Below are positions 24,029 to 25,735 of a stretch of DNA of 25,735 bases, one piece after another (the stretch's first letter is position 1; each line of letters opens with the position of its first letter). A model generated the notes under the pieces. The model was not told the DNA's origin. It made no database searches and was given only the letters and a program-made list of their open reading frames with translations. The translations under genes were made by a program, and so were the position numbers. Location of the stretch: the NCBI GenBank assembly GCA_030141605.1, contig JAQGDQ010001780.1:1-25735 (forward strand), in the 5' to 3' direction. This stretch comes from Tubiluchus corallicola. Taxonomy: Eukaryota > Animalia > Priapulida.

Positions 24029-24878
24029 CTGATTTACTTTCAGTTATAACTATGGATAGAAAAAGTCCTCACTGAAAATTATAAATAATTACGTTTTTTA
24101 GGATAAAAGTCTCATTGTGAGCTAGTTCAGAATAGACTTCAAGTTTCCCAGGAGTAATGGTGATAATCATTCATGCATCTTTAGTTGCTTGCTGTTTAGT
24201 ACGACGAAACTGTCTTAACATTGATTATAAAGTCATTCACTTCCACTAACAGCTGTGAATAAGAAAAACCCTTGAGGATTACGATAAACATTTCTGTTTG
24301 AAGCACACCTCACGGTTTCAACGGGTTTCATGCTATCTGTATATATACACAGCTGTCCATCTCGTTACGAAATAGTTGCCGATGTATTGATCAAAATTGC
24401 TCGTTAAGAGCACACCTCTTCATGAGATGAACATATTCAAGCATCTAATGTGGGCAGATAGTTGTTAACATGATTGAGTGTGAATTGTGGATAAACACGC
24501 AAGAATAACGTAGAGTAGGCTCTATTGCCATTATGCAGGCTCTTCACCTGAGATGAAAAATTTATTTAATAGTGAAAGAGATCAGAAAACGTTTTCAAAG
24601 ATATAAAAATTTCAGTAGCCAGTCTGGGTTCTTAAATTGTTTAGGGTTCTCATTGAATTCTCCCAGTGAATCCCGACTTCCTGGCGGTATAAACAGTAGT
24701 GCAGACACTAATTAATGTGACAGCCATTTTAAAGGATCAATTCTTTTGATGTTATTATCCATTATATATATAATGGATAATAACACCAAAATTATTTATT
24801 TTTACCCTAAAAAATGTAATTATTTATAATTTTCAGTGAGGAATTTTTCTTTCCATAGTTATATCTGAAAGTAAACTC
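24029..24878. mobile_element. Mirror copy of the ~75-bp-TIR element
   Basis: Reverse complement of 2041-2900 with scattered substitutions; TTAA at 24025-24028 and 24879-24882. Confidence 0.6.
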
Positions 24879-24899
24879 TTAAACTCTTTGTATGCTTGC

Positions 24900-25688
24900 T
24901 ATATATATATATATATATATATATATTGCTATTATATTATATTATATTGTATTGTATTGTATTGTATTGTATTGTATTGTATTGTATTGTATTGTATTGT
25001 ATTGTATTGTATTGTATTGTATTGTATTGTATTGTATTGTATTGTATTGTATTGTATTGCATTGCATTGCATTGCATTGCATTGCATTGTATTGTATGGC
25101 ATTGCATTGCATTGCATTGCATTGCATTGCATTGTATTGTATTGTATTGTGTTGTGTTGTGTTGTGTTGTGTTGTGTTGTGTTGTGCGTTGCGTTGTATT
25201 GTATTGTATTGTATTGTATTGTATTGTATTGTATTGTATTGTATTGTATTGTATTGTATTGTATTGTATTGTATTGTATTGTATTGTATTGTATTGTATT
25301 GTATTGTATTGTATTGTATTGTATAGTATAGTATAGTATAGTATAGTATAGTATAGTATAGTATAGTATAGTATAGTATAGTATAGTATAGTATAGTATA
25401 GTATAGTATAGTATAGTATAGTATAGTATTGTATTGTATAGTATAGTATAGTATTGTACCATACCATACCGTACTGTACCGTACCATACTATATTATATT
25501 ATGTTATGTTATGTCATGTCATGTCATGTCATGTCATGTCATGTCATGTCACGTCATGTCATGTCATGTCATGTCATGTCATGTCATGTCATGTCATGTC
25601 ATATCATGTCATGTCATGTCACGTCACGTCATGTCATGTCATGTCATGTCATATCATATCATATCATATCATATCATATTATATTATA
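24900..25688 (+). repeat. Compound pentamer microsatellite (ATTGT, ATTGC, GTTGT, GTATA, ATGTC, ATATC blocks)
   Basis: Direct inspection. Confidence 0.95.
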
Positions 25689-25735
25689 ATTAGTACTACG
25701 ATTAAATGTACAAGCATGTGTGTGTGTGTTTGTTA

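Larger units (their letters stand above)
16197..25090 (-). repeat. Right arm of ~9 kb inverted duplication
   Basis: Begins TTTAGGTTGTTCAATGG, the reverse complement (1 mismatch) of CCATTGAACTACCTAAA ending at 10856. Homology continues, with indels and one locally rearranged block at ~23215-24010, to the (ATTGT)n/(ATTGC)n tract. Confidence 0.95.

Overview
This is AT-rich, repeat-dense eukaryotic (probably invertebrate animal) DNA with no credible protein-coding gene; the long ORFs in the track are translations of microsatellites or tandem repeats, and the short unique ones match no family I recognise. The dominant structure is a giant inverted duplication: a left arm (~1840-10856) and a right arm (16197-~25090), each about 9 kb, around a 5.3 kb spacer. 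Each arm carries, in mirror order: a pentamer microsatellite cassette, an ~850 bp element with ~75 bp inverted ends, a 72-bp tandem array, a non-autonomous hAT-type element with a perfect 8-bp TSD, a 101-bp tandem array, an intact tRNA-Ala(TGC), and two copies of a TA-flanked MITE family. The inner breakpoint falls inside a MITE that is complete in the right arm but truncated in the left, where it joins a 30/35-bp satellite through an 8-bp microhomology (TACCTAAA), suggesting the left arm is the derived copy. Some segments (an 810-bp G-free tract, C/A-only inserts) look like consensus artefacts, so the whole structure needs read-level confirmation.
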